Assembly (NCBI GenBank): GCA_963827655.1
Contig: CAWHCF010000034.1
Coordinates: 64,001-128,000, forward strand
Length of the DNA: 64,000 nucleotides
Direction of reading: 5' to 3'
Source of the DNA: an uncultured Acidobacteriota bacterium
GTDB taxonomy: Bacteria > Acidobacteriota > UBA6911
Of this stretch, positions 52,934 to 62,412 are shown one piece after another. Position numbers and translations under genes: made by a program. The number at the start of each line of letters is the position of its first letter. Within the stretch, counting starts at the first letter, position 1. The notes under the pieces were generated by a model that was given only the letters and a program-made list of their open reading frames with translations, did not search any database and had not been told where the DNA came from.

Positions 52934-53366
52934 TACAATCCCCTCGTCGCGCGGCGCGGCCATGTCTTTCTCCATGTGCGCCGGGTAAAACCGGCGAGGG
53001 TCGCGCTAGCAGCGCCTCACGGGTATAGAGCGACAGGTTCGGCATCGCGTTCGGCATGAAGCACTAGAGGAGGTAAGACGCGAATGCCAGAACCGCGCCG
53101 CGGGGCCTATTCGATGACCGCCCTCCGCTACGAGTATTCCATGGCCCCTGCCGGCTTCAACCAAACGACGAGAATGCGGTTGAGAATGCGATGGAAACGC
53201 AGCCGGGGCTGACGTCCTCGCGACCGAACACGACCTGAAAGCTCTTGCGGATTGAGTCGTAGGCCGTGCGCGACAGCAGGCCCAGCAACCTTCGGACTCC
53301 ACGCGCAGATCCCTAGCCCGGAAACGACTTGGCTGCAAGCGCGTCGGGCCAGAACTGCTCGAAACG

Positions 53367-53572
53367 TCATTTCGTTATCGGCGCCGCGGCAATGTTCTTG
53401 TTAACGATGTCAATCGTCTGCTGGTACTCCTTCTTTGGACTGAACTCAAGAACCTCGGTGTCCTCCTCATAGACGGGCACGTGTCCAGGTTCGAGGTAAT
53501 AGACGTCTCCAGTTTTCAACACAACATCGCCATCCGCGCTCTTGATGCGCACTCGGCCCCTGAATACATAAC
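53367..53572 (-). pseudogene. 5'-truncated cupin-domain protein
   Basis: YVFRGRVRIK...GDVYYLEPGHVP...LEFSP; N-terminal half missing, repeat copy 4 about 25 bp upstream. Confidence 0.65.
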
Positions 53573-53596
53573 GGTACTGTCGAACCGTCTCCGTCA

Positions 53597-53668
53597 GTGG
53601 ATAAGAGAAACAAGCGTCATTTCAGCTCGAGTCGGGGCAACTCAGGTTCTGAGAACGGGCTTTATGTT
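53597..53668 (-). mobile_element. Repeat unit copy 4 (72 bp, one T deleted)
   Basis: Same left terminus GTGGATAAGAGAAACAAGCG; diverges after TTTATGTT. Confidence 0.78.
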
Positions 53669-53940
53669 CGAGGTTCAAGAACTGGGTTGGTACTCTCGAT
53701 CGCGTCGTCAATCCTCATCGCCACACAAAGCCGAGTCGTTAGCCGACGCGGGAACGGAGCTAAGTCTCAAAGCATGTGCTAGAAAAATTAGGACAAAATG
53801 ATTGTTCTGTCCTAAATCCTAGGGATGGACCTTCGAACGGTCAAGAGAGCTGATCTGATCACGTTAGACAGAACAGTGATATCGTATTATACGGAACTGT
53901 CTAATTCCTGTTAGCCGGACACAAATCGGCCGAGAACCGA

Positions 53941-54786
53941 ATGGAAGAGGGCTCTCCAGTTATCACCGGTGCGACGGGTCAGGTCGGACGAGTGACAATT
54001 GACGCGCTTGTCCGCCGAGGCATCAGACCCACAGCCCTCATCCGCGGAACCGCACAACTCAAGGGCTGTGTCACAATCTCCGACTGGCTAGTCTCTGACA
54101 GAGCCGTCGCGGCAATCGAGCGTGCACCGACGGTCGTGCATCTCGCCGGTACTCTGAATCCCGCTGACCGTGATTACGAGCAGGCGAATATCCTTCCGAC
54201 CCAGAGGGTTGCCAGCGCGGTGAGTCCGGTTCGGACCCGCAGTCTGGTCTTCTTGAGCTATGTCGGCGCCTCCGAGCAATCAGCGAATCGCTATCTGGCC
54301 ACAAAGGCGCGCGCCGAGCGTTTGCTTCGGGAAACCGGCGTGCCTCTGACAGTGATCCGGTGCACTCACATCATTGGCTCTCCAAGTAGCCCAGGCCCGA
54401 CTGCGGCCAGCCTTCTCGCCAAGGGCAAAAACTCGGTCACGGTCTTGGGCAACGGCAAACAGCGGGTGGCTCCCGTCTACCTTGGTGACGTCGTGGCAGC
54501 GATAGAGGCCGCTATCATCTCGGGGCAGGCTGGCACGTTCGACCTACAGGGCCCTGAAGAAATGACCCTTGACGACCTCGTTCGTCGACTGAATGGGCCG
54601 GCCAAGGTGTCCATCGCTCACGTGCCCGCCGTGTTGGCCCGTGTGCTCCGGTTCGTAGGCCCGAAATTACCGGGGCCGCTGATAGATGTCATGCTGAGTG
54701 ATTGCCGCAGCGAGCACCCGACAGCACACTCGGTGTTCGGGTTTTCGCTAACGTCTTTGGATCGTGTGTGGTCGCGGGCCGGCTAA
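53941..54786 (+). CDS. NAD(P)-binding atypical SDR/epimerase family protein (cassette-like)
   Basis: ITGATGQVG, VVHLAG, YLATKARAE, PVYLGDV. Confidence 0.85.
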   Translation: MEEGSPVITGATGQVGRVTIDALVRRGIRPTALIRGTAQLKGCVTISDWLVSDRAVAAIERAPTVVHLAGTLNPADRDYEQANILPTQRVASAVSPVRTRSLVFLSYVGASEQSANRYLATKARAERLLRETGVPLTVIRCTHIIGSPSSPGPTAASLLAKGKNSVTVLGNGKQRVAPVYLGDVVAAIEAAIISGQAGTFDLQGPEEMTLDDLVRRLNGPAKVSIAHVPAVLARVLRFVGPKLPGPLIDVMLSDCRSEHPTAHSVFGFSLTSLDRVWSRAG

Positions 54787-54836
54787 CGAATAAAGGATTT
54801 TTGTCGCGCTTGCCGCGACAAGATCCTGGGTTGGAC
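54781..54836 (+). other. attC-like site
   Basis: GGCTAAC overlapping the stop codon, AGGATTTTTGTCGCG/CGCGACAAGATCCT stem, GTTGGAC; a matching GTTAGCC core lies upstream of the gene near 53910. Confidence 0.55.
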
Positions 54837-55139
54837 TAAATCCGAAAGCTTGATATTGGAGATCGGATGCGTTTTGGCTCTGGCTTGTTAGCTTGGAATC
54901 GCCTGAGTTGCGAGGGTGGCTCTGGTGAGATCGGGCGTCAGGCGTTGTGCAGGGTATGGAAAAATCGTTCTCTGGGCAAAGCTATGCCTGACTGTGCAGG
55001 CGTGGGTAAGCAGGACGGGAAAGAAAAACGGCGATGGGCGTAGCGTTATCATGGGGGAACCTTGCGCTGGGGATATACGGGTTCAATCGGAATCAGCTGC
55101 CCGATCCTGCAATAGGGACAACGATCCAGCGGGCAAACG

Positions 55140-55846
55140 GGCGCACCGAGGCTGCACGGGGAACTACTGAAGCTCGGAATCGAGGTATCGCAGGCAACGG
55201 TTGCCAAGTACATGGTGAAGCACCGCAAGCCGCCGTCGCAGACGTGGCGGACGTTTCTGGAGAACCACGTAAAGCAGTTGGTATCGGTGGACTTCTTCGT
55301 GGTGCCGACTTTGAGTTTCCGAATCCTGTATGTGTTCCTCGTTCTGGCTCATGAACGCAGACGGGTGGTGCATTTCAACGTGACCGAACAGCCGACTGCA
55401 GAGTGGGCGGCGGCGCAGTTGAAGCAGGCATTCCCGTGGGACACGGCGCCGAGCTACATACTTCGGGACCGTGATCGAGTCTATGGCAAGACTTTCCGGA
55501 CATTGGCAGCCGACATGCAGATCACGGAAGTGCTCACGGCTGCCCGATCTCCCTGGCAGTTCCGTCTGGACAGTCCTTCGCAAGCGGAAGATGCCGGATC
55601 TGGGCCGGATTGTCGCCGTGCCGAAAGTCGGCGGGCTTCACCATCGATACGAACGCCGAGCCGCATAAACTCTCTACCTTCGGTGACCTTGGACCAGCGG
55701 GAGAATTCAGCTGGCTTGGGGCTGCATGGAAGCGAACGAGCTCCGGGACATTGGTCTCCTGACAAGGTATTCCCCTGGCTCATTGTAGGCTCTTCCACCT
55801 CCCACAGCGGCTCAGTTTGATCCGGACCGAGTTTTTAGTAACGACA
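55140..55846 (+). mobile_element. Internally deleted integrase-core (rve) IS, IS481-like
   Basis: ELLKLGIEVSQATVAKY...SQTWRTFL...DFFVV...LRDRDRVYG...SPWQ fused to VGGLHHRYERRAA; right end GTTTTTAGTAACGACA. Confidence 0.75.
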
Positions 55847-55871
55847 GGCCATCGAATCGGATCACTCGGAA

Positions 55872-56747
55872 TCAGCGTAAACCGGCTGAGGTGTTTCGGA
55901 AGGCGGCAGCGTGCTCGGCCGCCCAGGCCGCGAAGGTAAGTGCGGAGCGACCCAAGATCTGCTCAACGGTGTGCGAGGACGGGCCAGGTTGTTTGGCGTA
56001 GTCGGCCAGCGAGCCGAGCATCCGATCGGGGACATCCTCGGGGACGCCCTGCGCGATCAGAGCGTCGCGGATCTGTTGCGGAGGAACGTCCTGCCAAGAG
56101 AGTTCTTTTCCGATGGCTTCGCCGATGAGACGGACCTTGTCGCGCTGAGTAAGCGACTGCGGGCCGGTAAGTAGATAAGCCTGACCGGCGTGTTCCGCCT
56201 TCCGTAAGGCCCGTACGGCAACCGCGGCGACGTCCCGCTCGTGGATCGTCGATGTCGCCGCCTGGCCGTAAGCGCCCCGTACGACGCCGCTCGCGCGAAT
56301 CTGCGGCGCCCAGGCGAGGGCATTGGAGGCATAGTCAACGGACCGCAGGATGGTCCATTGCAGGCCAGACGCTTTGACGGCGTCCTCGACCGCCCTGAAG
56401 GCATCGGCGAAGCGCCGATAGCCGGCAGGGTACTCCACAGTCGCTGCCGAGAGCGCGACGACCCGCTTGACGCCCTGGTCGGCCGCAAACGCCAGCAATT
56501 CGGCGGTGGCGACTCCGGCCGTGGCGTCTCCAAGGGCGCGGGGACTGACCAAGACTGAGTCGACGCCGCGCAGTGCCGAGATCAGCGTCGATGGGCGGGA
56601 GGGGTCGCCGCTCACCACGTGGGCGTCGCTGGGCAGCGCGGCGGTGGCTGGATTGCGAGTCACCGCAGCCACCGTTTCACCGTCCTCTAGCAACAGCTTC
56701 ACCACCTCTCGCCCAACGTTTCCAGTTGCTCCGGTAATCAAGATCAT
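55872..56747 (-). CDS. NmrA-like NAD(P)H-binding protein
   Basis: ILITGATGNVG, WTILR, IHERDVAAVA, YLLTGP. Confidence 0.9.
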   Translation of the reverse strand: MILITGATGNVGREVVKLLLEDGETVAAVTRNPATAALPSDAHVVSGDPSRPSTLISALRGVDSVLVSPRALGDATAGVATAELLAFAADQGVKRVVALSAATVEYPAGYRRFADAFRAVEDAVKASGLQWTILRSVDYASNALAWAPQIRASGVVRGAYGQAATSTIHERDVAAVAVRALRKAEHAGQAYLLTGPQSLTQRDKVRLIGEAIGKELSWQDVPPQQIRDALIAQGVPEDVPDRMLGSLADYAKQPGPSSHTVEQILGRSALTFAAWAAEHAAAFRNTSAGLR

Positions 56748-56827
56748 GGTCGCCCCCGCTCGCTTGGTCAGATATTTTGAAGCTGTAGATCAGAACTCAC
56801 GTCAGTCCCATTGGTCGAGTTCGCCCA

Positions 56828-58018
56828 TCACCCACTTTTTTGCGCTGCTCGTAGGTCACGCTCGTCGAGTTCGGCAATCTTGCGCGCCAGCGCATGGGTG
56901 AGGAACGGCAGGTGCCCTGCGACGTTAATCGCGGCATTACGCAGCGTCCGCGCTGTGGGCGAACGGAGGGTCGCTATGCGCGTCAGATAATCAGTGAGCG
57001 CGACCACGTCCTTCGCAATATGGTGTCGATCGGACGCCCACGCATCGAGTTGTGCGGCGTCCTCTGCGCCACCCATCGCCCCGAAGATGTCCGCGAGCGA
57101 CATTGCATCCTGAATGCCCGTGTTCATGCCTTGGCCGCCGGCCGGACTGTGCACATGGGCCGCGTCCCCGCAAAGCAAGATCGGCCCCTTGTGCGCGCGT
57201 TCCGCGACCCGATGGTGCACGCGGAACCGGGAGGTCCAGACGCTGCCCAGAATATGGGCGCGCGTGGCCTGCGGACCACGCGCGTCGAGCAGCGCCTGAA
57301 CGTACGCCACCGACGGTTGCTCCGGTGCATCGTCGCCAGTGGCGACGATGCGATACCGGTTCTCGGGCAGCGGCGCCACGACGACCAGTCCGTCAGGTGA
57401 GAAGAACAGGCTGACCTCGTCGCGCGAAAGCGGCCAATCCATGTCGACGTCGGACAGCACGAAGTCCTGGTCGTATGCCGCACCTGAGAACGCGATCCCG
57501 GCGTCGTCGCGCACGCGGCTGTGCATGCCATCGCAGCCCACTACCCAGCGAGCGGTCACGACGCGTGTGACGCCGTTCAGGAGGATGTCGACCTCCACGA
57601 GGTCCTGTCCGACACGCACAGCGGTCGCTTCGGCCGGGCGCACCACATCGCCGCCCAGCGCCTGAAGCCTCGCCAGGAGGATCGCCTCAGTACGATTCTG
57701 GGGACACATCAGCGTGAAGGCGTACGCACTGGGTAGGTCCCTGAAGTCGAGCGTCATCAGCGTTCGGTCAGAATCGCGGACGCGGAAGATGGGAACCTTC
57801 ACACCCGCCTCCAGCATCGTAGGAACGACGCCAAGCGGCTCCAGGACTTCGAGTGTGCGCGCATGCACGACGGCGGCGCGGGAGGTGTTGGCGCCCTCGG
57901 CGATCTTGTCGATCGTAAGCGCCTCAACACCGCGACGTCGAAGTTCGGCGGAGAGCGCTAGGCCGGTTGGACCGGCGCCAATAATGAGGATCTCGGCGTG
58001 TAACGGAAGGCTTCGCAC
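56828..58018 (-). CDS. FAD-dependent monooxygenase (PheA/TfdB-like)
   Basis: GAGPTG, VGCDGMHSRVR, GDAAHVHSPAGGQGMNTGIQDA. Confidence 0.93.
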   Translation of the reverse strand: MRSLPLHAEILIIGAGPTGLALSAELRRRGVEALTIDKIAEGANTSRAAVVHARTLEVLEPLGVVPTMLEAGVKVPIFRVRDSDRTLMTLDFRDLPSAYAFTLMCPQNRTEAILLARLQALGGDVVRPAEATAVRVGQDLVEVDILLNGVTRVVTARWVVGCDGMHSRVRDDAGIAFSGAAYDQDFVLSDVDMDWPLSRDEVSLFFSPDGLVVVAPLPENRYRIVATGDDAPEQPSVAYVQALLDARGPQATRAHILGSVWTSRFRVHHRVAERAHKGPILLCGDAAHVHSPAGGQGMNTGIQDAMSLADIFGAMGGAEDAAQLDAWASDRHHIAKDVVALTDYLTRIATLRSPTARTLRNAAINVAGHLPFLTHALARKIAELDERDLRAAQKSG

Positions 58019-58616
58019 ATCTGCCTCACAACGAGAAGGGTGGAATCCATGCCAAAAACCGGCGGCTCAGGCACGATCGCGCGCGCGACAACAAAAGTGC
58101 CTCGGAACGTATCTTTGCAGCTTTCAGTGTCCGCCACGTCGCTCTAGGCAACCTGAACGCACCTCCTTGAGGTTGTTGCGCAGGCTCACCTTGAAATCGC
58201 ATCGCCGCCTGCGGGCCCGGCGCTGTGAACAAACAGAATCTGTTTCTCCCCTGTCATGGTTGTTGATCTCTCAACTGCCGGAGTACGCGCATCCGGGAAG
58301 GCCTTCGGCACCTGCGACGCTGTTTCGACGCGTGAGGCGTTCGTCACTCCCGCCGCCGGTACGTGGGCGGCGTGAGGCCATTGTGGTTGGTCAGGCGCCC
58401 GCCGGCCGGTAGGTGCAGATCACCAGTATCCGTCGGGTGCAAAGGCAGCACCCTCCAAATCATCGGCGACGCCGCACACGCGGTCTCTCCCTCGTCTGGA
58501 CAGGGCGCGTCGCGGGATCGTTCGCCGCACGCCATAAATAGATCGGTCTCGGCCTTCGCGGGTACAGGCGGTTCCGCGATAAGGAATAGTGTCGGCGGAG
58601 CGGGTGGGATTCGGGA

Positions 58617-59513
58617 TTACGATCGTCCCTGTCGCGCCCCCAAGTGCCGGAGGCGGCCGACGTCCGCGTGAAAGAAGACGCGGTGGATGCGGTTGTCTGC
58701 GACGGCAAGCAGAAGCGCTGCGAATGGTGTGTTCTGTTCGTAGAAGACGAGCGCCGGCTGGCCGTTGAGCTCGTGTACTTCGGCTTCCAGATCCGAGCTG
58801 CGAGCCGTCGCCGCCACGAACGCGGCGATCTTCGCGGCACCCAGGAGCGGGGCCCGAAGGTTACGAATAGCTCCAACACGCCTGCCTTCAGGGCCGCCGT
58901 CTGTGATCATCACGGCGTCTTCGGCCAGCATGGCGACGAGCGCGTCGAGGTCCCCTGCGTATGCGGCTTGCGTGAACGCCGCGAGCAGGCGCCGGTGCGC
59001 TTCAGGCGACGCGGAGAACAAGCGCTTCTCTGTCGCCACGTTCTGTCGAGCGCGCTCGAGGAGCTTTCGGCAAGCGGGCTCAGTCTTGCCGACCAGCGCC
59101 GCGATTTCCTTGTAATCGAAGTCGAAGACGTCGCGGAGGAGCAACACCGCACGTTCGGCGGGCGTCAAGCGCTGGAGCACTACCAGGAACGCCATCGAGA
59201 CCTGGTCGAGCATCTCGACGCGGCCGATGCCTCCTTCGTCGAGATCAACGGGCTCTGGCAGCCGGTCGCTGCGACTCTCCTCCCGGCGCGTTTTCGCCGA
59301 ATCGAGCTCGTTGAAGCACAGGCGCGTCACGAGCGTCACCAGATAGGCGCGCGGAGAGTCCACCTCCACGTGACGACCGTTCCAGCGAAGCCACGCCTCC
59401 TGCACCATATCTTCCGCGCGCCCGAGATCGCCGAGCATGCGGTAAGCATGCGCCACAAGTAGCGCCCGATGCGATTCGAAGGTGGCGAGATCTGCGGCAG
59501 TCGACCGGTCCAT
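58617..59513 (-). CDS. ECF41/SigJ-type sigma factor with SnoaL-like C-terminal extension
   Basis: AYRMLG...AEDMVQEAWLRW, LPEP, ERAVLLLRDVFDF, TDGG, LNGQP. Confidence 0.88.
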   Translation of the reverse strand: MDRSTAADLATFESHRALLVAHAYRMLGDLGRAEDMVQEAWLRWNGRHVEVDSPRAYLVTLVTRLCFNELDSAKTRREESRSDRLPEPVDLDEGGIGRVEMLDQVSMAFLVVLQRLTPAERAVLLLRDVFDFDYKEIAALVGKTEPACRKLLERARQNVATEKRLFSASPEAHRRLLAAFTQAAYAGDLDALVAMLAEDAVMITDGGPEGRRVGAIRNLRAPLLGAAKIAAFVAATARSSDLEAEVHELNGQPALVFYEQNTPFAALLLAVADNRIHRVFFHADVGRLRHLGARQGRS

Positions 59514-59944
59514 CAGAACGGTTTTACCTCCATCAGTACAGTAATGGCAACGATGAGCGCGCACATTCCATACGCGATCCGCTCGACCCGACGAAGGACA
59601 ATGGCTCCGTCGTTTTCTTTGGCGAGCCCCGAGCGAACCGCCCGGCGCGCCTCTCCGTGTAACACACCAGTCGCGACAAGGAGCAACGCCGATCCGCGAA
59701 ACCACCAAGCCACACGAAATGCCCCGCCCGCCGCTAGATCCAGGAGAACGCCGGTCACCAGCATTGCTGCGAGACTGAACGCTGAGTAACGGAGCAAAGG
59801 GCCGAACCACGCCGAACCGTCCATCGAGCCGCGACCGACTCTCCGGGCCGTAGCTGCCACTACGGCGATCGACGCGATCGAGCCGAGACCCAGGACCGCC
59901 ACCAGGACGTGCGCTACCAGCACGGGAGTGTAAAGACTGCTCAC
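59513..59944 (-). CDS. Hypothetical membrane protein (DUF2269-like)
   Basis: About four TM helices; HVLVAVLGLG...VLMEVKPF; overlapping start/stop with both neighbours. Confidence 0.65.
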   Translation of the reverse strand: MSSLYTPVLVAHVLVAVLGLGSIASIAVVAATARRVGRGSMDGSAWFGPLLRYSAFSLAAMLVTGVLLDLAAGGAFRVAWWFRGSALLLVATGVLHGEARRAVRSGLAKENDGAIVLRRVERIAYGMCALIVAITVLMEVKPF

Positions 59945-60573
59945 GACGCCACCCCCAATGCGTGCCCCAAGCCGACGATTTCGGTGAGATGCGTTCGATG
60001 CTCGACCGCATCCAGCATGAACGCCGCGACCGATCGGTACGATATCGCCCAGCTTCCCGGCGGTAGCGCGTCTCGAAGCGCGCGGAAGCTCACATCGGGA
60101 GATTTCTTCAAGCGAGGCGGCCGGGCAATGGTCCATTCGAGGCCGCTAGTCTGCACGATGTTCTCCATTGCGTAGAGGTCGCGTGCGTGATGTCTGAGAA
60201 GCCATCGAAAGAATGCGAAGTAGAGACCCTTTTCTGGGAACAGCACGGCAGCGGAAACAATGGCGAGACGAGCGATGCCCCTCGCGGTCATCGCGTTCAC
60301 GGTCGCGCGCGCGCAATCGGCAAGCAGCGTACTCGGGCGCAGCGCGTCCGGCGGATGGGGGCCGATCGCTGACAGCACCGCGTCATGGCCAGGCAGTGCG
60401 GCCGCGATCGATTCCGGGCGGCGCGGATCGCCACGGACGACCGTCAGCGAACCGGCCGGTTTGAGCTTTTCAGGCGACCGGACGAACGCGGTGACCTTGT
60501 GGCCTCGCGTGCGCGCGAGGTCCAGCAGCTCCGTGCCCGTTCTTCCGTTGGCGCCGAGCACAAATAGTCTCAT
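59941..60573 (-). CDS. NAD(P)H-binding flavin/biliverdin reductase-like oxidoreductase
   Basis: MRLFVLGANGRTG, VTAFVRSPEKL, WTIARP; AAGGAGG RBS. Confidence 0.88.
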   Translation of the reverse strand: MRLFVLGANGRTGTELLDLARTRGHKVTAFVRSPEKLKPAGSLTVVRGDPRRPESIAAALPGHDAVLSAIGPHPPDALRPSTLLADCARATVNAMTARGIARLAIVSAAVLFPEKGLYFAFFRWLLRHHARDLYAMENIVQTSGLEWTIARPPRLKKSPDVSFRALRDALPPGSWAISYRSVAAFMLDAVEHRTHLTEIVGLGHALGVAS

Positions 60574-60717
60574 GTGGGGACCCTCCTTTAAAGAGTCTTC
60601 TGGTCTTTCGCTCACAAATCCCGGCAAGAACCGCGACCGGGCCACTCGAATCGCTTCCTCCAGCTGGGCCGAGTTTCCTCTTGGGCCCAGCCGAAACAGA
60701 TGCCATTCATCCGTTAA

Positions 60718-60744
60718 GACCGAATAGCCCGGTAAGTTGTGACA
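60718..60744 (-). promoter_or_regulatory. Putative ECF41 target promoter
   Basis: TGTCACA-N16-GGTC versus the reported ECF41 consensus TGTCACA-N16-CGTC. Confidence 0.6.
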
Positions 60745-61104
60745 TGGCGTTCCGGAATATTGCGCAAACTCAGCCGAACACCGGATAGAAGTTCAGGACG
60801 CCCGGGGTGGGCGAAGAGATGATTCTTGAAGGCAACGCATTCGTGGAGGGGGTTCTTCCTGTGGCCCGGAGGCTCAAATCAGTGCCCTCACCCTCGCGGA
60901 TTAACCCCTGCCTTGTCGCCTTGTGTTTACCGATCGGATCTAGACCATTTGGTCTTGTAAAGGGCAAACCATCGAAGTGAGCCGACGGGGCGCCACGCCC
61001 TACTGGAGTTCCGAGACCGTTGGCAGGCAAAGCCGATTAAAGCAAGACCAGCGAGGATGTTGTAGTATCTCACTTCGACTTTAATCCTGACAATGGAGGA
61101 CAAA

Positions 61105-61507
61105 ATGGCAGAGACAGTCCGGACAGTCTATCGAAACCCCTGACAAGCCTGGAGAGGCGGCACGGGTGCTTTCGGCGCTTCGCGACGCGGGAGTGAATCT
61201 TCTTGCCTTTACCGCTTTCCCACACGGTCGAAAGTCTCAGCTGGATTTCATTCCAGAGGATGTGGTGACATTTAAGACAGCCGCCAAGAGCGCCGGGCTC
61301 AAGCTAAGTCCGAAGAAGACAGGCTTCTTGATCCAGGGAGAGGATCGACCGGGCGCCATAGCTGAGATACTGGAGAAGCTCGCTTCTGCAAGAATCAATG
61401 TCACTGCGACCGATGCGGTTTGCAGTGGGGGAGGACGATACGGGGCGATTCTGTGGGTAAAACAGCCTGACTTGGTTAAGGCGGCGAAGGCCCTCGGGGC
61501 CTCGTAG
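61105..61507 (+). pseudogene. Tandem ACT-domain protein with an N-terminal frameshifting deletion near 61130
   Basis: GGAGG RBS plus MAETVRTV, out of frame with IETPDKPGEAARVL...EDRPGAIAEIL. Confidence 0.6.
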
Positions 61508-61542
61508 GTGATCGTGTTATTCCGCAGCGGAGAAGCGCATAC

Positions 61543-61974
61543 ATGAAAACGATGGCTCCGAACGAATGGCGTGCCTTCTTGGAATCAGGCACGCGCACGG
61601 CTAAGCTTGCGACCCGCCGTCCTGACGGCCGCCCCCACGTAGCACCGATATGGTTCATACTGGACGGCCATGAGCTTGTTTTCACGACCGGACGCGATTC
61701 GGTGAAGGGCCGGAACATGCGGCAGGATCCACGCGTCATGCTCAGCGTCGATGACGAACTGCCGCCATTCGCCTTCGTCTTGATCGAAGGTTCGGCCGTC
61801 CTTCGCGAGCCTTTGGTGGAGGAGCTGCTGCCCTGGACTACCCGGATCGCAAAACGATACATGGGAGCAGAGCAGGCCGGAGCTTACGGAAGACGTAATG
61901 CCGAGGAGGGCGAGCTACTAGTTCGAGTGCCACTCTCGAAGGTCACCGCGCGAAAAGGGATCGCCGATTGGTAG
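61543..61974 (+). CDS. PPOX-class (pyridoxamine 5'-phosphate oxidase-like, putative F420-dependent) oxidoreductase
   Basis: KLATRRPDGRPHVAPIWF, KGRNMRQDPRV. Confidence 0.88.
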   Translation: MKTMAPNEWRAFLESGTRTAKLATRRPDGRPHVAPIWFILDGHELVFTTGRDSVKGRNMRQDPRVMLSVDDELPPFAFVLIEGSAVLREPLVEELLPWTTRIAKRYMGAEQAGAYGRRNAEEGELLVRVPLSKVTARKGIADW

Positions 61975-62412
61975 AGCCGAAGCCGTATCTTAAAAAACAG
62001 GATTGAGCGGCTGTCGGGCAAGGCCCAGCTTGATGGCCGTCGCAAGTTGGAGTTGGTCTGGTCAACCGCGATGTTGAGCTCGCGGTCGCAGGACCCGTTG
62101 CTCATTCTGGGATTTTCATGACTCCTTCGTCCAATCGCTGAATTGTAACGCTAGATGATGGCCCTCTCCGTCTCGTGGTTCTTAGCAGCGGTTGAAAACA
62201 GAGCCCAGTTTCAGTACGACAATTGGGGAGCCAGTGGTGGTTTTTGTGGGTTCTCACTTTCCGGTAATCCGACAAGTTGTCCACTTAGCCGGATTCGTAA
62301 AGAAAGCGGCGTTAGTCGGGATCGAGAGGTTCGCGTTCGGAACGTGTTTCTAGCGTGGGCGTTGGGCATCTTTTGTTGATTAATGAGATATGTGCCAAGA
62401 AAGGAGAGCATC

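Noticed and set aside
34860-53668. The four direct repeats as a CRISPR array
   Set aside because: Repeats are 72-275 bp with multi-kb gene-containing spacers, and no cas genes are present.
59514-60011. N-terminal extension of the 464-aa sigma factor ORF
   Set aside because: It overlaps the membrane-protein gene in another frame; sigma homology starts at the ATG at 59513.
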